Position numbers and translations under genes: made by a program. The notes below the pieces were generated by a model. The model had not been told where the DNA came from. It was given only the letters and a program-made list of their open reading frames with translations, and did no database searches. A DNA stretch of 64,000 nt from Marsupella aquatica (taxonomy: Eukaryota > Plantae > Marchantiophyta), in the NCBI GenBank assembly GCA_973895155.1, contig OZ316897.1:15313375-15377374 (forward strand). Reading direction: 5' to 3'. Each line of letters starts with the position of its first letter. Within the stretch, counting starts at the first letter, position 1. Positions 13,101 through 26,450 of this stretch are shown piece after piece.

Positions 13101-16100
13101 GCTTTTCGTTCACCCGCTTGTCTAGATCCTTTAGGAACTTTGTGATGGCATCAAATTGCCCCTCTACTCTGGATCTTCTGTGTGTGAGAACAACTCTCTC
13201 GGAGCACATCCTTTGATACTTCTCCGAGAGGTCATTGGTTTGTGAGATTAAGTTGATTAGTGCAGTCTGCATCAAGAGCCACTCTTTCTGCTTTTCACTA
13301 GATGATACCACCTTCCGATTGATCTCATACTTAATGTTGGTCATAATGTGATCCCATGGGGTTTGGTCTCCAACATACATGTTGGAAACCAGCTTAAAAT
13401 ATGACTTATTCAATTTGTCTATCTCCTTGGTTTTCATTTCAACCTCTACATGCTTCCGTTTGATCTCTAACTGAACTTTCCCAACTTCCACAAGCTTCTC
13501 TTCCACTTCATCATTTACAGCTTTCAAAGCAAGTTTAACATTCTCATTGTATGCTTGAACAGACAGTACATCTACTCTAATTCGTGCAAGGTCAAATTCA
13601 ATCTCAGTTGCTCTCATATCTTCCTTCTTTGCCAGTTGCCGTTTTGCAGTTATCATATGCAATGTGTTTGCAGCTGCTTTCTCCTCTGTGATGCAATGCT
13701 CAATGAGATTTTGTAAGATTTTATGTTCTAGATCATAAATTCCTTCGGTTTCTTTTGCAAATTCTCTTTCATGCACCTGATAAGACACAAGTCTCTTCAT
13801 TGTCATTATGTGAATGGCCTTCTAAGCACTTAATCCAAAGTTTTCACATTTTACAAGATGACAAGATTATATTGTAGGATGGTAGACTAGTATCTACTAT
13901 TTCTCATATCAGATGACAGGTCATGAGGATTAATGTCACACTCCTACTCCCTTGCTTACTTGCTCCAGTAGCCCAACAAAAGGAATGAAATCTGTAGCAC
14001 CCAAAAATTATTTCCAAGGAAGAACAATATGAAGTGTAAGCATCTTACGATGGTTTCAGACGAAATTGACTTGCAGGGAAAATCTCTGTAGGTGAAGGTG
14101 TTATTTCATGAACACTGTTTGCAATCTTAGTTCATTTCCAACAATTGTGACAAAATGACAATTTGAAAATAAGCAGTCACCTTTGCTTATGAACAACTCC
14201 ACAACAGCAGGCCCAAGATTCATTGATTTGAACAGCTGAACACAAATACAATAGAGAACTTGAAATCAATTGCAAGGACTGTCTCTATGCAATGTCTGAC
14301 CTTTAACACCCTTTCCAGATGAGCAATGTCAACTTTTAAATTAGCCTGGGTTGATTCAATCTTCTCCACTTGTTTCACAAGCTTTCGCCATGCTTCAAGT
14401 ATAGCAAGGCGCTTGGCAGTAGTGGTCCCCAATAGCTTTTGCACTGCCTTCATTTCTCTGTCAACTTTCCTTAGCAACATTTGCTGCTTATCTTCTTTTT
14501 CTTGTTCCTTACGAATGGCCTTTTTGTAGGACTCTTTCTCAACCATAACAGCAATTTCTTGTTCCTTTTGGTTGGCTATGGCATCAATTATTCCCTATTA
14601 TAGATAAGACAGATTCTCTAACATGAGTGAAATCTGGCTCAATAGTAATGGTGATCAATTTTCAGGTGTCTTTGTTATGCAAGAGTTTTTGTCATTGCCA
14701 TTTTCTAAACAAAACAGAAGCTCATCTCTTTCTAATTGGCTTCAAGTTTTAATTCAACTTTATTCCAAAATAAGCATGCTTGCAATAGAATATCAAGTTA
14801 ATTAGCTTCAATCCCACATCTCCCTATTCAACCAGAAATTTGCAAGCAAAGGATGCAAAACAGTTTACACTGTCAAGGTTCGGTAACCAAACAGAATCAA
14901 CAGTAACATGGTGCGTGCAATAAGTTGGCGTGAGTTCAAATAGGAGAAGAGCATAAATGTGTTTGTGCTTGTCTAACATCTCTATAAATTGGCAAGGATT
15001 GAGTATTCTAATCCAGCAAGAGAACAAACCTGTAAAGCTTCATCACACCTTGAAAGCACAAGGAGAGATGATTTCCATTGAATGGTGACTTGCTTCTTTT
15101 CAGCACTAATGCTTTCCATCTCTGTTCCTGCTTCTTGGAGTGCTACATTTGCAAGCTTCGTCTCTCTTTCCTGGACTGTTGCATTGTTTTATATTAATAC
15201 AGAATCACTCACTGAAAATAGAACCACCAAATCAATAAAGAATCACTCAATGTTGAGTACAGTTGTATTTTTTAAAGGACTTTGACTTCAATCCATGTAA
15301 ACCAAAGAAGGCAACATTCTATTGTGGTCTAAACATTAAAAGGAGATCGACCAGCTAATTGGGCTCTAAGCAGGGCTTGCTTCTCGTATTGATGCTTCAT
15401 TCGAGTTTGCATCAAGGTGATTTGCAGGTCTTCTTCTTTCTTAGCCTTCTCTTTCTGAACCATGAGCTCTTCCGAGGCATATGTAAGCCTTCTATTCACA
15501 GCTATTTCACTCTTTATCTCCTCATTGTATTTCTCAACTTGCTTAAGAGTGTTTAGAAGGTCATCCAGTTCCAAATTCGTTTGCTCCAACCTTTCCCGCA
15601 ATGCTCTCATTTCCCTTGATTGCTGACCATGAGAGTGTTGTGTTCCTGCCAACTCTTCTTTGGCCTGCCTTGTTGCCACAAGTTTGCCAGCCGAGACACC
15701 TAGTCACAAGAAGCTTGCAAGTTTCGATTGGACTGCCAATGCAGGTAAACTTCAAAACACATTTCATGAGTGTTGCCCAGTGTGCACACCCACTCAGCTA
15801 AAGAATGTAAACATAAAAGATGGGTGGGCTTCAAGCAAGGTTTATGCTCTATGAAAAGTGAATAGCATCTCACGCTTTTGCCAAATGATGCAATGGCTTC
15901 AAGTTTTATTTGTAATTTGTGGGTTCTTTGACAGATCCATACAATTAAGCTCGATCTGACAGAGATCAGAGCATATTTAATGCCAGAAAGTAAAAGGCGA
16001 GTCCTTGTACGATGTAGCCAGGTTGACCTTGTAGCTATTTGTATTTGATTCCATAAGTGTCTAATTTTGGAAGCATTTGAGTTCACGTGCAACTATTACC

Positions 16101-16729
16101 CAAAAAACGTTCACTCAATGCAATTTAACTTAGTTTAGCCTCACAATGGAGTTTTCTTGAAGGAATGCATATGCTCTTGAAATAAATACTAGGCAAGATT
16201 TGTTAATGCAGTGAATACTATCAGGCTGAACTCACCATAGCAAGTCAATGAATTTATTCATTGCATGCAACATGTGAAGATACAAACTCTTTACAATCAC
16301 TAACTTGCCAAGTCTCTAAAAAACACCAATTAACAATGTAAAAATAGCATCACTGTGGAGGAATTTGACCTTGTTATGTTTCTCGGTAGCTTGAGAAAGC
16401 TCCTCAATATCTTTATGGATTGCTAAGTGGAGACTGGCTAATGCTTTTTGCATGCCATACAAGGCAACACCAGCATCTTCCCTTCTCCGGGTCGCTCGCT
16501 TAAGAAATGCCCCTTGCTCATAAGTCCTATCCTCCAAATCTTGCTTCTTATCCAAAAGTTGTTGTTTGAGAGCAGCCTGAGCCCTTTCAAGGGCAGGATG
16601 ATTTCTTCTGTCTGCCAAATCATCTGGAATGACTGTAGATTTGGCCCTATTTCTCTCCACTGGTTGGGGCTCAGCATCATCGTCCTCCTCCATAAAGTCT
16701 CCAAAGGATTCATTATTGCCGGCATCCAT
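10149..16729 (-). CDS. CCDC40: Coiled-coil domain-containing protein 40 (FAP172), axonemal 96-nm ruler; about 9 coding exons
   Basis: Approximate exons: 16370-16729, 15353-15664, 15030-15178, 14301-14595, 13085-13777, 12288-12526, 11157-11321, 10713-10937, 10149-10431. Recognisable CCDC40 segments include HPALERAQAALKQQL, REDAGVALYGMQ, KKEEDLQI, EKKQV.IQWKSSL, EFDLARIRVD, HVMLWKYKI and DPNVG...I.ALKK. Confidence 0.88.
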
Positions 16730-18596
16730 ATTGTAAACCTTGAGAAAGTATGACTCTTGAGTTCAGAATAATCTAGAAGTTTTTTCCTCTCACACAGATA
16801 CTAGGTCTTTCAGGGTAATCTGTGGCTGAGTATTTGAGCAAACTACTCGTTTACAAAATCCCCAAAGGCTCCATGTATTGTCACCATCCATTGATAGTGT
16901 AAAATTTTAGTTCCCAAACTAGAATCTCTCTCTTGCTCACACAGGCAAGCTTCTTTTCAATGTTTTCTCACATTAATTAGTCTTGATGGCCACTTCCCCT
17001 TCAAAAAGTTATGCTTACCATCCACTCTGGTGTTATTGTCAATTGAGCAACCATGATTTCATAGTCAGAAAGTGTGCACTTAATTCTCCTCATATGAATC
17101 AATTATTGAGCATAGCAAATATTATGCTCTTCCTCATTCAAAACAATGCAGTTAGATAGTCCATGTCAATGTTTCCATCTCAGTCATTTCTCATGCAGAC
17201 GCTGTGTGTTGTTTGCTTCCATGCAATTCCATTTCAATTGGGTCAGCTTTACTTGAAACCAGGGAAGTTACAAAAATAATTGAATTGACAGTTCATAGAA
17301 TTTGATTGATTCATCACACTTCCAAAATTGCCAGAAATGATTGCACCTGATATCTGGCTCACATAATGAAGCCGGGTGAGAAGCTGGTCCCTCACTGTGA
17401 GAAATTGGGGACCATTGATCGAGCTCTTTTGGCATAAATCAGAATTCTACTCTGCCCAGGCAAATCTTGTTGTTATATTGGACACTGGCTTAGAACGTGT
17501 ACAAAGATCACCAATTATAGGTTTCATCCAATTGAGACAAACAATTTTCTCAGTTGTAGTTTTTATGACCCTCTCAGTCTCTTAATACTATACTTCCCAA
17601 GTCAAGCATTGTAAAAAACAAGCCAGAATATTTAACTGCTACTAACTTTACTCCAACTGAAGCCATGGATTCAACAGACACCGTCTACCGTGGACTGCTG
17701 GATGATCATGTCCTAAAACAAATGATTTCCTCAAGAGCTCAATCTCTCATGTGAAGTACAGAACACTTTGTTCCAAAAACCTAATAGCCAAATGTTGTAT
17801 AATGTCACCAAGAGGTGCCCAAATGGACCACCAGATTTGAATAAGTGCTCAGATAGACCATACCAAAACATTTTCTACCCAAATAGCATCATTCCTTGGT
17901 ATGAACTATGCTCCAATTTTATGGCATCACAAGGTATTTGATCACGTTGGTGCTTGTTTTCTTTATGACATAAGCATTCATGTTGGTCTTTCGGTCAAAT
18001 GTGGTGACTCATGAACTGGCATCACGGTGCCTTGGCATGGGTTCCCATTTGTCATGACTTCCTTGATTTCTGCAATAGATCTCAAATGTCCAAGCCAAAT
18101 GAAGCCTCCCCAAGATAATCCATGTGTTGTATATGTGGGATAAGTCTTGAATTACCCATCCAAAGTCTTCTGAAAATAGATATTAGACGGAGATCCTCGT
18201 GCCTATAGCTAGCTTATGCAAGAGAAGACAAGAAGGTGAAGGCTCAGAGAACAATGAATTATGAATTTGGCAGTCCATAACTTTTCCTCTTCCTCATCTT
18301 AACCTATTATTGCAGTTAAATTTAAGGTTGACTTTGCGAAGCCTCAAGGGTTGCTTCTTTTTATTCTCTGGGACCCTCATTGTAAACTACTTTAATTGCC
18401 TTTACGAACTCGAGGCCAGTCAGGTATGCTGTCTACCTAACCTACATGGCAAGCAATGGACTCAAATAGACTAAATGCTGACATGGGGTGTTCATTTTGT
18501 CTAGTATTTTAGACCACCCTCTAGAAGTGGTCCACAAAATTTCAGACTTTTCTCCTTCATTCAATGATTTGCGTTCATTGAATTTGATCTCAAAAG

Positions 18597-18873
18597 TATA
18601 TGTATATCACAGTGCACAAGGACAAAAATGCCAAAGTCCCAAAAGCTTTGCAACCCAATAAAGTGAGGGAAAAGTCCCTCATAAGACCAAAGAGGTCCAA
18701 CAAGCCAAGGAGTCCCCCACAACCACAAAGGGACAAAAAAACAAAGATCTCATTAATTGGCCTAGACGACTAATACCCTATTGGGCAAAGAACTGAAAAG
18801 CACGGTAAAGCTCTCCACTAAAGGGGGTCACAAAGTAGAATCTGTCTAGAGTCCCCTTTGACTCTTATTTACA
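18597..18873 (-). mobile_element. Short LINE-3'-end/SINE-like insertion with a ~23-bp TSD
   Basis: Flanked by ttcattgaa(t/c)ttgatc(t/g)caaaag at 18574-18596 and 18874-18896. The body is homologous to 37200-37465 (aaggacaaaaatgcc...cccccacaaccacaa...gaactgaaaagc). Confidence 0.8.
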
Positions 18874-19359
18874 TTCATTGAACTTGATCGCAAAAGACTT
18901 TTGCTCCCAACTCTACCTCTGGACCAAATGACCCTCCTTTACTCAAGAAGGAGGGTCAATTGTCCTTTTTTTTTTCAAGGCAAAATTAGTTCGTGGACCC
19001 CCACCTGTTTTTATTCGATTAGTGGACTACTACGTTGAGCTTCAGTGATCTGCTAGAGTAGTTGAGGTCGATCAGTCCTTATCGATCTTGTCAATGTCCT
19101 TATCGATTCTCTTTGCTTCTCCTTCTTTCTGCTCGATCTATTTGTTTCTGATTAAGATGTGCTGCGCCTCTTTTCTGTCCTCGATCAGTTCTCATTTTTC
19201 CTTTCTTCATTCGGCTTCTGATCTTTTTTGATTTTGTTTCTCCAACATTCCTCTTTACTTTGCACTTCAAGAGGCGAAACTCCTTTCGAGCTTTCCTCTT
19301 TTCATTACTTTCATCAAAAGCCTTCCTCCCTTTCGAAATGTTGATGTGCTTCTTTTGTT

Positions 19360-19400
19360 CTGACGGTTTTATTTCGGCAGTTACACAGGAATACGGTTAC
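19360..19400 (-). promoter_or_regulatory. Cluster of R2R3-MYB (DUO1-type AACCG) sites in the putative CCDC40 promoter
   Basis: ACGGTT at 19363, CAGTTA at 19378 and ACGGTTA at 19393 (minus strand AACCGT, TAACTG, TAACCGT). They lie just upstream of a purine-rich minus-strand leader. Function is inferred. Confidence 0.45.
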
Positions 19401-19994
19401 TGTTTACGTTGAACACTATTTACTTTTATAAAAAAACATTTATAAATTTAAGTAAAGAGAATATGGGTGAATGTTTTTAATCTGGCCCTTTGTATCAATA
19501 GATTTGGATGAACTTTTAATTACTTTTACATTATGTTTTGACGGCATGGCGTCCATAAAATTACACGAAAAGCGACGTAAACAAGATGGAGAGGAGTTTA
19601 TTCGTTGCGCAAACATGACCATTCTTGTTTGTTGCGGTTGTTGCTGACATGGCACTCTGTGGTGCCAGGAATTTTGGAAGGAACCTCTAGTGGGGTCCGT
19701 AAAGAAAGAAAGAATAAATAACCCCCCAATTTGATTTTTTTGGGAAACACTCACAAGTGCCACCCACTTCTTGTAAAGCGACCCTAAAGTACATCAAGTT
19801 TGACGTTTGAGACCCCCTATTGTCAAGAACTTCAAAATATCATGAAAAGTGGATTAGGCCTAGAATGATTTGAGCAGCCGCCCAAATGAACCAAAGCTGT
19901 CGATCTATACCAAACCCACGAGCCCAATCAATGATTGAACGAAAATGCCGGTCTCAGTGGGCATCTCAAGGAAGAAGACACATCTGCCTCCATG

Positions 19995-20095
19995 AAAAAG
20001 TGACTGCCAATTCAAAAAGGTCTTTCGAGGCAAAAGAAAGGTGACTGCCAATTCAACAAGATCTTTCAAGGCAAAAAAAAGGTGACTGACAATTT
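19995..20095. repeat. ~41-bp tandem repeat (x2.5) in the CCDC40/FMO divergent intergenic region
   Basis: A gtgactgccaattcaa.aag.tctttc.aggcaaaa.aaag unit is repeated. Confidence 0.8.
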
Positions 20096-21177
20096 GTCAC
20101 TGCCGCACCCTGTCCAATTGTCTCACTTTCTCTCCCAATCTCCAAATAATGTCACAGTCCAATCTCTTTCCTTCGATAGGATTTGCTCCGAAATGATAGA
20201 GTTGTACTTTAAAGAACGAGGTAACGAAAACCCGAAAAACGAGTAACATGTGGACTCAGGTTGATTCATGGAACTCCGGTTCAGGTCGTTGAGCAGTGCT
20301 ATGCACTCGAAGTTGTCTCATTCTCGAAGTTTTATCATTCTGGTTGTCTCATTCTGCTCCAGCAGAAGTCAGCAGAATTGAGCAGAAGTCAGCAGAGGTC
20401 CCGGTGACTTGGAGCCGAGCACATCACGAAGCAGAACTTAGCAGAATTCCCGAGGACTTAGAGCCCAGCGCATCCTGAAGCCCTTCTGGAGGCAGTTTCA
20501 GCCCCTAGTGGAATCCTGAGTAGTTCAACTGAGAGAAAATTCGCTCAACTCACCGTGGATCGGTGTTATTTAACAGTCAACTCACCCGATTTGGCCACAT
20601 TGCGCTACGACTCAAATGTCTGCAGCTCAATGTCTCCCCTTTGCTCTCTGATTTTGTGATAAAGAAGATATGTTATCTGCAAGGCAAAGCGTCATCAGTG
20701 CCGCGCTGGCGGGAATCAGAAGTTTGATTCCTTGTTCGCTTGACTTCTCCATCAATTTGGACTGATGTTCTCTAGTCAAAAGTGCGCCCTGTTTTTGAGG
20801 TAATTGCCCAGCTGAGTTCCTGCTATTGGTCTTGGGACACCTTTTGTAAATGTTGGTTGGACAGATTCAGCGATTAAGTCTCCGTGGATGTAAGGTTTCG
20901 ATTGTTTCACGTCTCTTTGCATCCTCTCATTTTGTTCTCCCCTTTCAATTAATTCCAGATTCCAAAGGAATAGAGTAGAAGTATGGGGATTGCAATTTGT
21001 GTAGCTATGCGCCTCTCCTGGTCGTCCGGGTGACAAGAGTACTCTGTTGGCATACCCAAAGCACGATGTGCTGGGATTGGAGGCAGTGAATGGGTGTTTC
21101 GATATCTGTGACCGTGCTGGAGGTGGTCAGAGCATCCGAATTCTCACCCACTGACACCGAATACCGATGATGCAGCC

Positions 21178-24100
21178 ATGGAAATTGAAAACAGGGGTCT
21201 TGAATTGAGAGTGGCGATTATAGGGGCTGGCGTGAGTGGATTGGCCGCCTGCAAGCGTTGTTCCGAGAAAGGGCTGAAGGCCACGGTATTTGAGGGGAAA
21301 AGTGGGTTGGGGGGCATTTGGAGATCTTCATATTCGTCCACCAGGTTGCAGACACCCAAAGGGGCTTACGCATTCTCCGATTTCCCATGGCCAGAGTCGG
21401 TACCGACCTTTCCTTCTCATCACCAAGTGGTAGACTATCTGGAGAGCTATGCAAGGCACTTTATGTTCTTGGATAAAATTCGCTTCAATTGCCAGGTTGT
21501 AGAAGTCAAGAGGAAGGTGAAGCCTGAGCAATCACACAGAATCGGTACATCTAAATTTGTCAGCGATGGATGGGTTGGAGAACAGAAAGTTAAACAAGAG
21601 CTGGAGAGCTGCATCACTGGGCCGCAGAATGGAGGATGGGGTGATTCTGATGTCATTTGGGAGGTCTGTGTCCGAAAGAAGGTTCCAGGGTCAGAAGGGC
21701 AAATTGACTTTGTTGATGAGGTACCTTTCTTCCTTTCCCTCAACAAACCAAATCTGGCCTGTTGTCCTTAAAATTTGTGTGCTGTTTTGCACTGTCAGCA
21801 GACTGAATTCATATAGGTCAATTTTTAATCATTCGACATTTCACACTCAGAGCCATTGCCTGTAAACATCCAAAGAGTGTGGAGTAGGGGATGTGGTTGT
21901 TGAACTCACCTTTGAATGGGCTGGTGGCAGTGGCATATGTTTGATTACCTGATTGTATCCTGCGGTCGATTTGGAGACGTAGCGAAATTTCCCTCTTTCC
22001 CTTCGTCTGAAGGACCTGATGTCTTTAATGGGCAAGTGCTTCACTCGTTGGACTACTCTTCCCTAGATTCAGAAAACACACAAGCGCTTATTCATGGGAA
22101 AAAGGTGGTTGTTGTGGGCTTTGGAAAAACTTCACTTGATATCGCCGTGGAGGTTGCCGACAATAATCAAGGTAAGCTTCATCAGCTCCTCCATGAAACG
22201 TCTGTTACTTATTGCTGAAGAAATAGCTGATTCTGTATTGAAACTTCAAGTTTAAACCTATTGACGACCATTCTAAGCGGTGTATAGAAAATAAGGGCAT
22301 ACACAGTATCTGCCCCTCATTTGGGCCAAATTCATTTGTTGAAACGATTGTGGATGTGTGTTCCATACTGGTGTTTCCAAGTGCAGCACTGTATTAATGT
22401 TGTATGTACTCTGGTGATTTCGTTTAATCTTGTGATTTTACTTAAATGCAACAGGGTTTAACGATGTGAAGGCTTGCACATTACTCTTCAGGCGTGCCCA
22501 ATGGATGTTCCCCCGGCATAGAAAGGCTTTTGGCCTGTTCCCATTTGGATACCTTTGGGGTAATAGGCTCTCTGAGTACTGGACTCCGAAACCTGGTCAA
22601 GGTTTGTTGCAGCGTCTGTTGCAGTTTGTCTTCTATCCTGTGGTAAGTTTAATTCTTCCTGTTGCTCATGCGTCCGCAACTGCTCTGCAAATGAGTACAA
22701 TAATTCGTCGCTATTTCCTTGTTCAATAGGACATGTTTTACAGATTGTCTTAGCGATTGCTCTGAGGGTGGTGGCCATTCTTAGGGCCGGTGCAAGTGTC
22801 ATGGTGATTTCCATGCGATAGATGTGAACTGAAGCCCTTTGTATTGAAATGGCCTTTGCAGAGATTGTTAGTATGGAAGGCGTTGGAATACTATCTTCGC
22901 TTTACTGTCCCAGTTGCTCAATATGGGCTAGTGCCAGAGGAATCGTTATTTGAAAATTTGTCTGCCTGCGTGCTCCCACAATTGCCTCAGAGCTTATTGG
23001 GACACCTAGAGGCGGGCCGTATAGTACCCAAGAAAACCCCTTCCTGGAATTTCTATCCAAAAGGAGTCCGGCTTGCTGATGGAACAGCTATTGAGGCAAA
23101 TGTTGTCATTTTATGTACTGGGTACGATGGCAATTCAAAACTCAAGGCCATATTAGCTGAGGACGACACAGCTGTACTTTTCGAAACAGAGAGAGTGCTT
23201 TCACTTTACAGGTCTGCCTCTCCTCTCATTCCTGGTTGTCGTGTTTAATCTCTCTGAAGCCCCTGTATTGACCTTTGCCAGCACTCTCTAAAAGGTACCA
23301 ATCGGACATAGACTACAACACCGTTCATTCTGAAGTAACTCCAGTACATCTCTCTGTATTGGTTGCTCAAGATAATTCGTGTTTCTGTATCTCTGTATGA
23401 CTGTTATGATTACTTTCGTTCCCTGTTGCTGCTACATCAGTGCTTTGGACAACTGATTTGTGTTAAGCTCTCATTTCTCTAGTCAGGCATCCATCCATTA
23501 TAGATGATTACGAAATAAATAACGAGGTGTGGATCATTCTGTTCCAATATCTGGAGGGCCAGTAAAATTAACCATATATATTCGTTCATTGCTCCCACAC
23601 TAAACGACCCATGAAAGATTTCATCTCTGCAGATCTTGGGAGTAGATATCTTGACATACACTTGGAATAATGCAATGGCCACAAAGGAATCTCATTAGCA
23701 TTGATACATGGCTTCCCGCCTCGGTTCAGAATAAGAATATCGTTGTTCCTGAAGTGCCTTTAGATACTGTTGACAGTCAGTCCAGTTGTTTAGTGGCAAT
23801 TTCTTCTGCTGGTATGCCTAATAGTTGGTGCTGTCGTATTTTCTTTTGACGATCCATTGTACACTAGGAATTTCCATTTGTTTCATTTACGTGGAGTTCC
23901 TTTATCCATCTCATTCACTTTGTACTGAATAGTCTCTTTTCTGAAATCTCATTGGCAGGGGCATAATTCATCCTCAGATTCCGAACCTGGGCTTTATAGG
24001 CTACCACGAGGGTCTCTCCAGTGTGCACTCAGCTGAGATGTCAGCAGTATGGTTGGCCGACTTGCTTCAGAAGAGGATTACCCTCCCGGACATTGCCACC

Positions 24101-24310
24101 ATGGAAACTGACAGGAGAACCTGGTTTCAGTACTGGAAAACTAGAACTCCTTTTTTTGCCAAAACTTGTGCCTGTGTGGCCACAATGCAAATCTGGCATT
24201 TAGACAAGCTGTGCAAGGACATGGGAGTTAAGTCATTGAGGAAAAAGACTTGGTGGGAAGAAGTGTTTTCAATCTATGCCAGCTCCGATTACAAAACACT
24301 CTCATCCTGA
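21178..24310 (+). CDS. Flavin-containing monooxygenase, FMO1-like (N-oxygenating) clade, paralogue A; 557 aa, 5 exons
   Basis: Exons 21178-21720, 21931-22171, 22455-22642, 22862-23211, 23959-24310 (GT-AG, 1674 nt in frame). Motifs: FAD GAGVSG, GGIW, FSDFPWP, FMO motif FNGQVLHSLDY, NADPH GFGKTSLDIA, LCTGY, and C-terminal WHLDKLCKDMG as in the plant FMO1 clade. Confidence 0.93.
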
Positions 24311-25179
24311 TGTATGATTTCAAAAATGAGATTCTTTGCGGTACCTCTTTCGGAGGACGGATAGATACAACCCAGCATATGACTGTGTAACGGAATTACA
24401 TTTTCTCAGCAAGGAACTGCAAAAATGGAAGCATTCTATATGACGATAATTCATTTTTGTGTCATGTGCTGGCATTTCTCGAGGCCAGAAAGACTTGGTA
24501 GTTAGGAGAGGACATCCAGAATGTAGGGTAGTGTCATATTAGACAGTTGTAAAATGAAATTGGGGACATCTGCTGGTTCTGGGATATTTCAAAATTGAAC
24601 AAAGTATCCGACATTGTGCTATTGCAGCGTCCATTCTCTGGCATCTTCAGTAGCTTTAGCTTGGTATTTGCATCCCCTTCACAATGTGCTTGGAGGTTCT
24701 GTAGATTTCAGCAAAATAATTACTTCTACTGGTTATTGCCGATTAGATGACATTAACGCCTGACTTGTCTCTCACAGCTTGGTGCCTTGGTCTCCAAGAT
24801 GTGACCAAGGCCTACGTGGGTCCTATGGTCAAGGGGATGCATGAACAGTGCATTGGAAGAAAGTGGCGTGGGATGTGGTCTGCAATGATTACAACCAAAT
24901 AATGAACAGCTGACATCCACTTGCTGACGCGTGATGACTGATGAGAGTTGCGAAGCAAGGTTTGCCTAAACCATGTGCTGAAGTGGTTGGATTGTCCCCT
25001 ACTCTTGAATACACTAGGTGCAAGGTGGGCCCTTGGGAGGTTGGATATGACTATTCACACAGTAGGTTGGATATAACTATTCAACTCCAAGAATTGCTGT
25101 AGAGAGGGCTAGGTACTCACTATCCTTTGTCTAGCCAAGGTCAGACATTCACTATCCTCTTAGGTATACGTTGGAGCTC

Positions 25180-25340
25180 TGTTAGGCTCTGCAGTTTGTG
25201 GCTTGGTAGGGCTTTAGTTCTTTTGCCATTCCGACTCTTGGGCTTTGGGCTCTTGGGCATTTAGGCTCTTTGGTCTTCCCCATTTTATTTGGTTATTTGC
25301 CTTTGGGATACTGTCTCTGGTATGTAGCTTTTTGTTGTTT
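25180..25340 (+). mobile_element. Degenerate LINE-tail/SINE-like fragment
   Basis: The T/G-rich tract (ttgggctttgggctcttgggc...ctttggtcttcccc) resembles the reverse complement of the 18597, 37200 and 39820 elements. Confidence 0.45.
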
Positions 25341-25699
25341 GGCAGCTCCAACATGAAACCCTGTGCCAACATACGGCCTTTTAGATTACAAGGTTTCCTC
25401 CAGGCTATGGATCACTCAGATGGGTGTATGACCAAGTGCTAAGGGTGAAGATGGACGCACTATCTCCAGCCTGGACAGAAAGCGATTCCATGCTGGGGGA
25501 TTTCTCAAATTGTTTCTGCACCCATGAATGTTATTGTCCCATAATGCTTTGATAACAAGACTTTAATACACTTATAGGTCTAAGGGATTTTTATGTTCAC
25601 TAATTTGAGTAAGTGCAGAATAGAATCTTCATAATGAGTCAATCACCTTGAATCTGCACAAACTGAATTTATAGGTTCAATCTGAATGTGCTCCTTCTT

Positions 25700-26450
25700 G
25701 AGAAATCATTGCTACTCATAGGCAATATGCATGTGTGCAACATCTGGGGAACACAGAAGTAGTCGACACCAGAGATACATGATTTATCTCTCTAGAGGTA
25801 ACATCCACGAGACACACAAGAAACCTTGTCTAAAACTCTAAATTTATTGGTCATACCAAGTCTTCACCAAAATCAGTTCCTATCTCCTAGATGATTTTGT
25901 AACAATAAATTTAAGTTGGGCAAGTAGTCGACACCAGAGTTTATACATGGTTTATCTCTCTAGAGGTTACATCCACGAAAACACACAAGAAATTTTTTCT
26001 ATAACTCTAAATCTGTAGGCCATAACAAGTCTCTACAAAAAAACTCCCCTTCTCTCCTAGATGATTTTGTGACAATAAGCTCTAACAATAAGCTTAAGTC
26101 CCATTCATCAATTAAGTCTCTCCTTCTCCCCTAGATGATTTTGTGACAATAAGCTCTAACAATAAAGCTTAAGTCCCACTCACTAATTAAGTCTCTCCTT
26201 CCCTCCTAGATGATTTTGTGACAATAAGCTCTAACAACAAGCTTAAGTCCCATTCTAATTAAGTCTCTCCTTCTCTCCTAGATGATTTTGTGACAATAAG
26301 CTTAAGTCCACCTCACTAATTAAGTCTCTCCTTCCCTCCTACTGTAGATGATTTTGTGACAATAAGCTCTAACAATAAGCTTAAGTCCCACTCACTAATT
26401 AAATCTTGCTAGTGTCGTGCACGAATTGCACATGGAACCAACATCACACA
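25700..26450 (-). mobile_element. Old LTR relic related to the window-end LTRs, with an internal duplication and a tandem array
   Basis: agtagtcgacaccagag..tacatg.tt.atctc..gagg...catccacg occurs twice (~25758, ~25923) and matches agtagtcgac..tacatggttcacctc..gaggctacgtccacg of the 1138-1430 LTR. Boundaries are approximate. Confidence 0.6.
26050..26402. repeat. Minisatellite, ~73-bp unit x5
   Basis: Unit ctagatgattttgtgacaataagctctaacaataagcttaagtccca.tca..aattaagtctctccttc. One copy lacks the internal 12-bp subrepeat. Confidence 0.92.

Noticed and set aside
21178-24310. YUCCA (auxin) assignment for the FMOs
   Set aside because: They lack YUCCA GAGPSG/GCGNSG motifs and have the FMO1-type C-terminal extension (LCKDMG).
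26050-26402. CRISPR-like appearance of regular repeats (also 36639-36795 and 48472-49278)
   Set aside because: These are head-to-tail repeats without unique spacers, in a eukaryotic intron-containing context with no cas genes.
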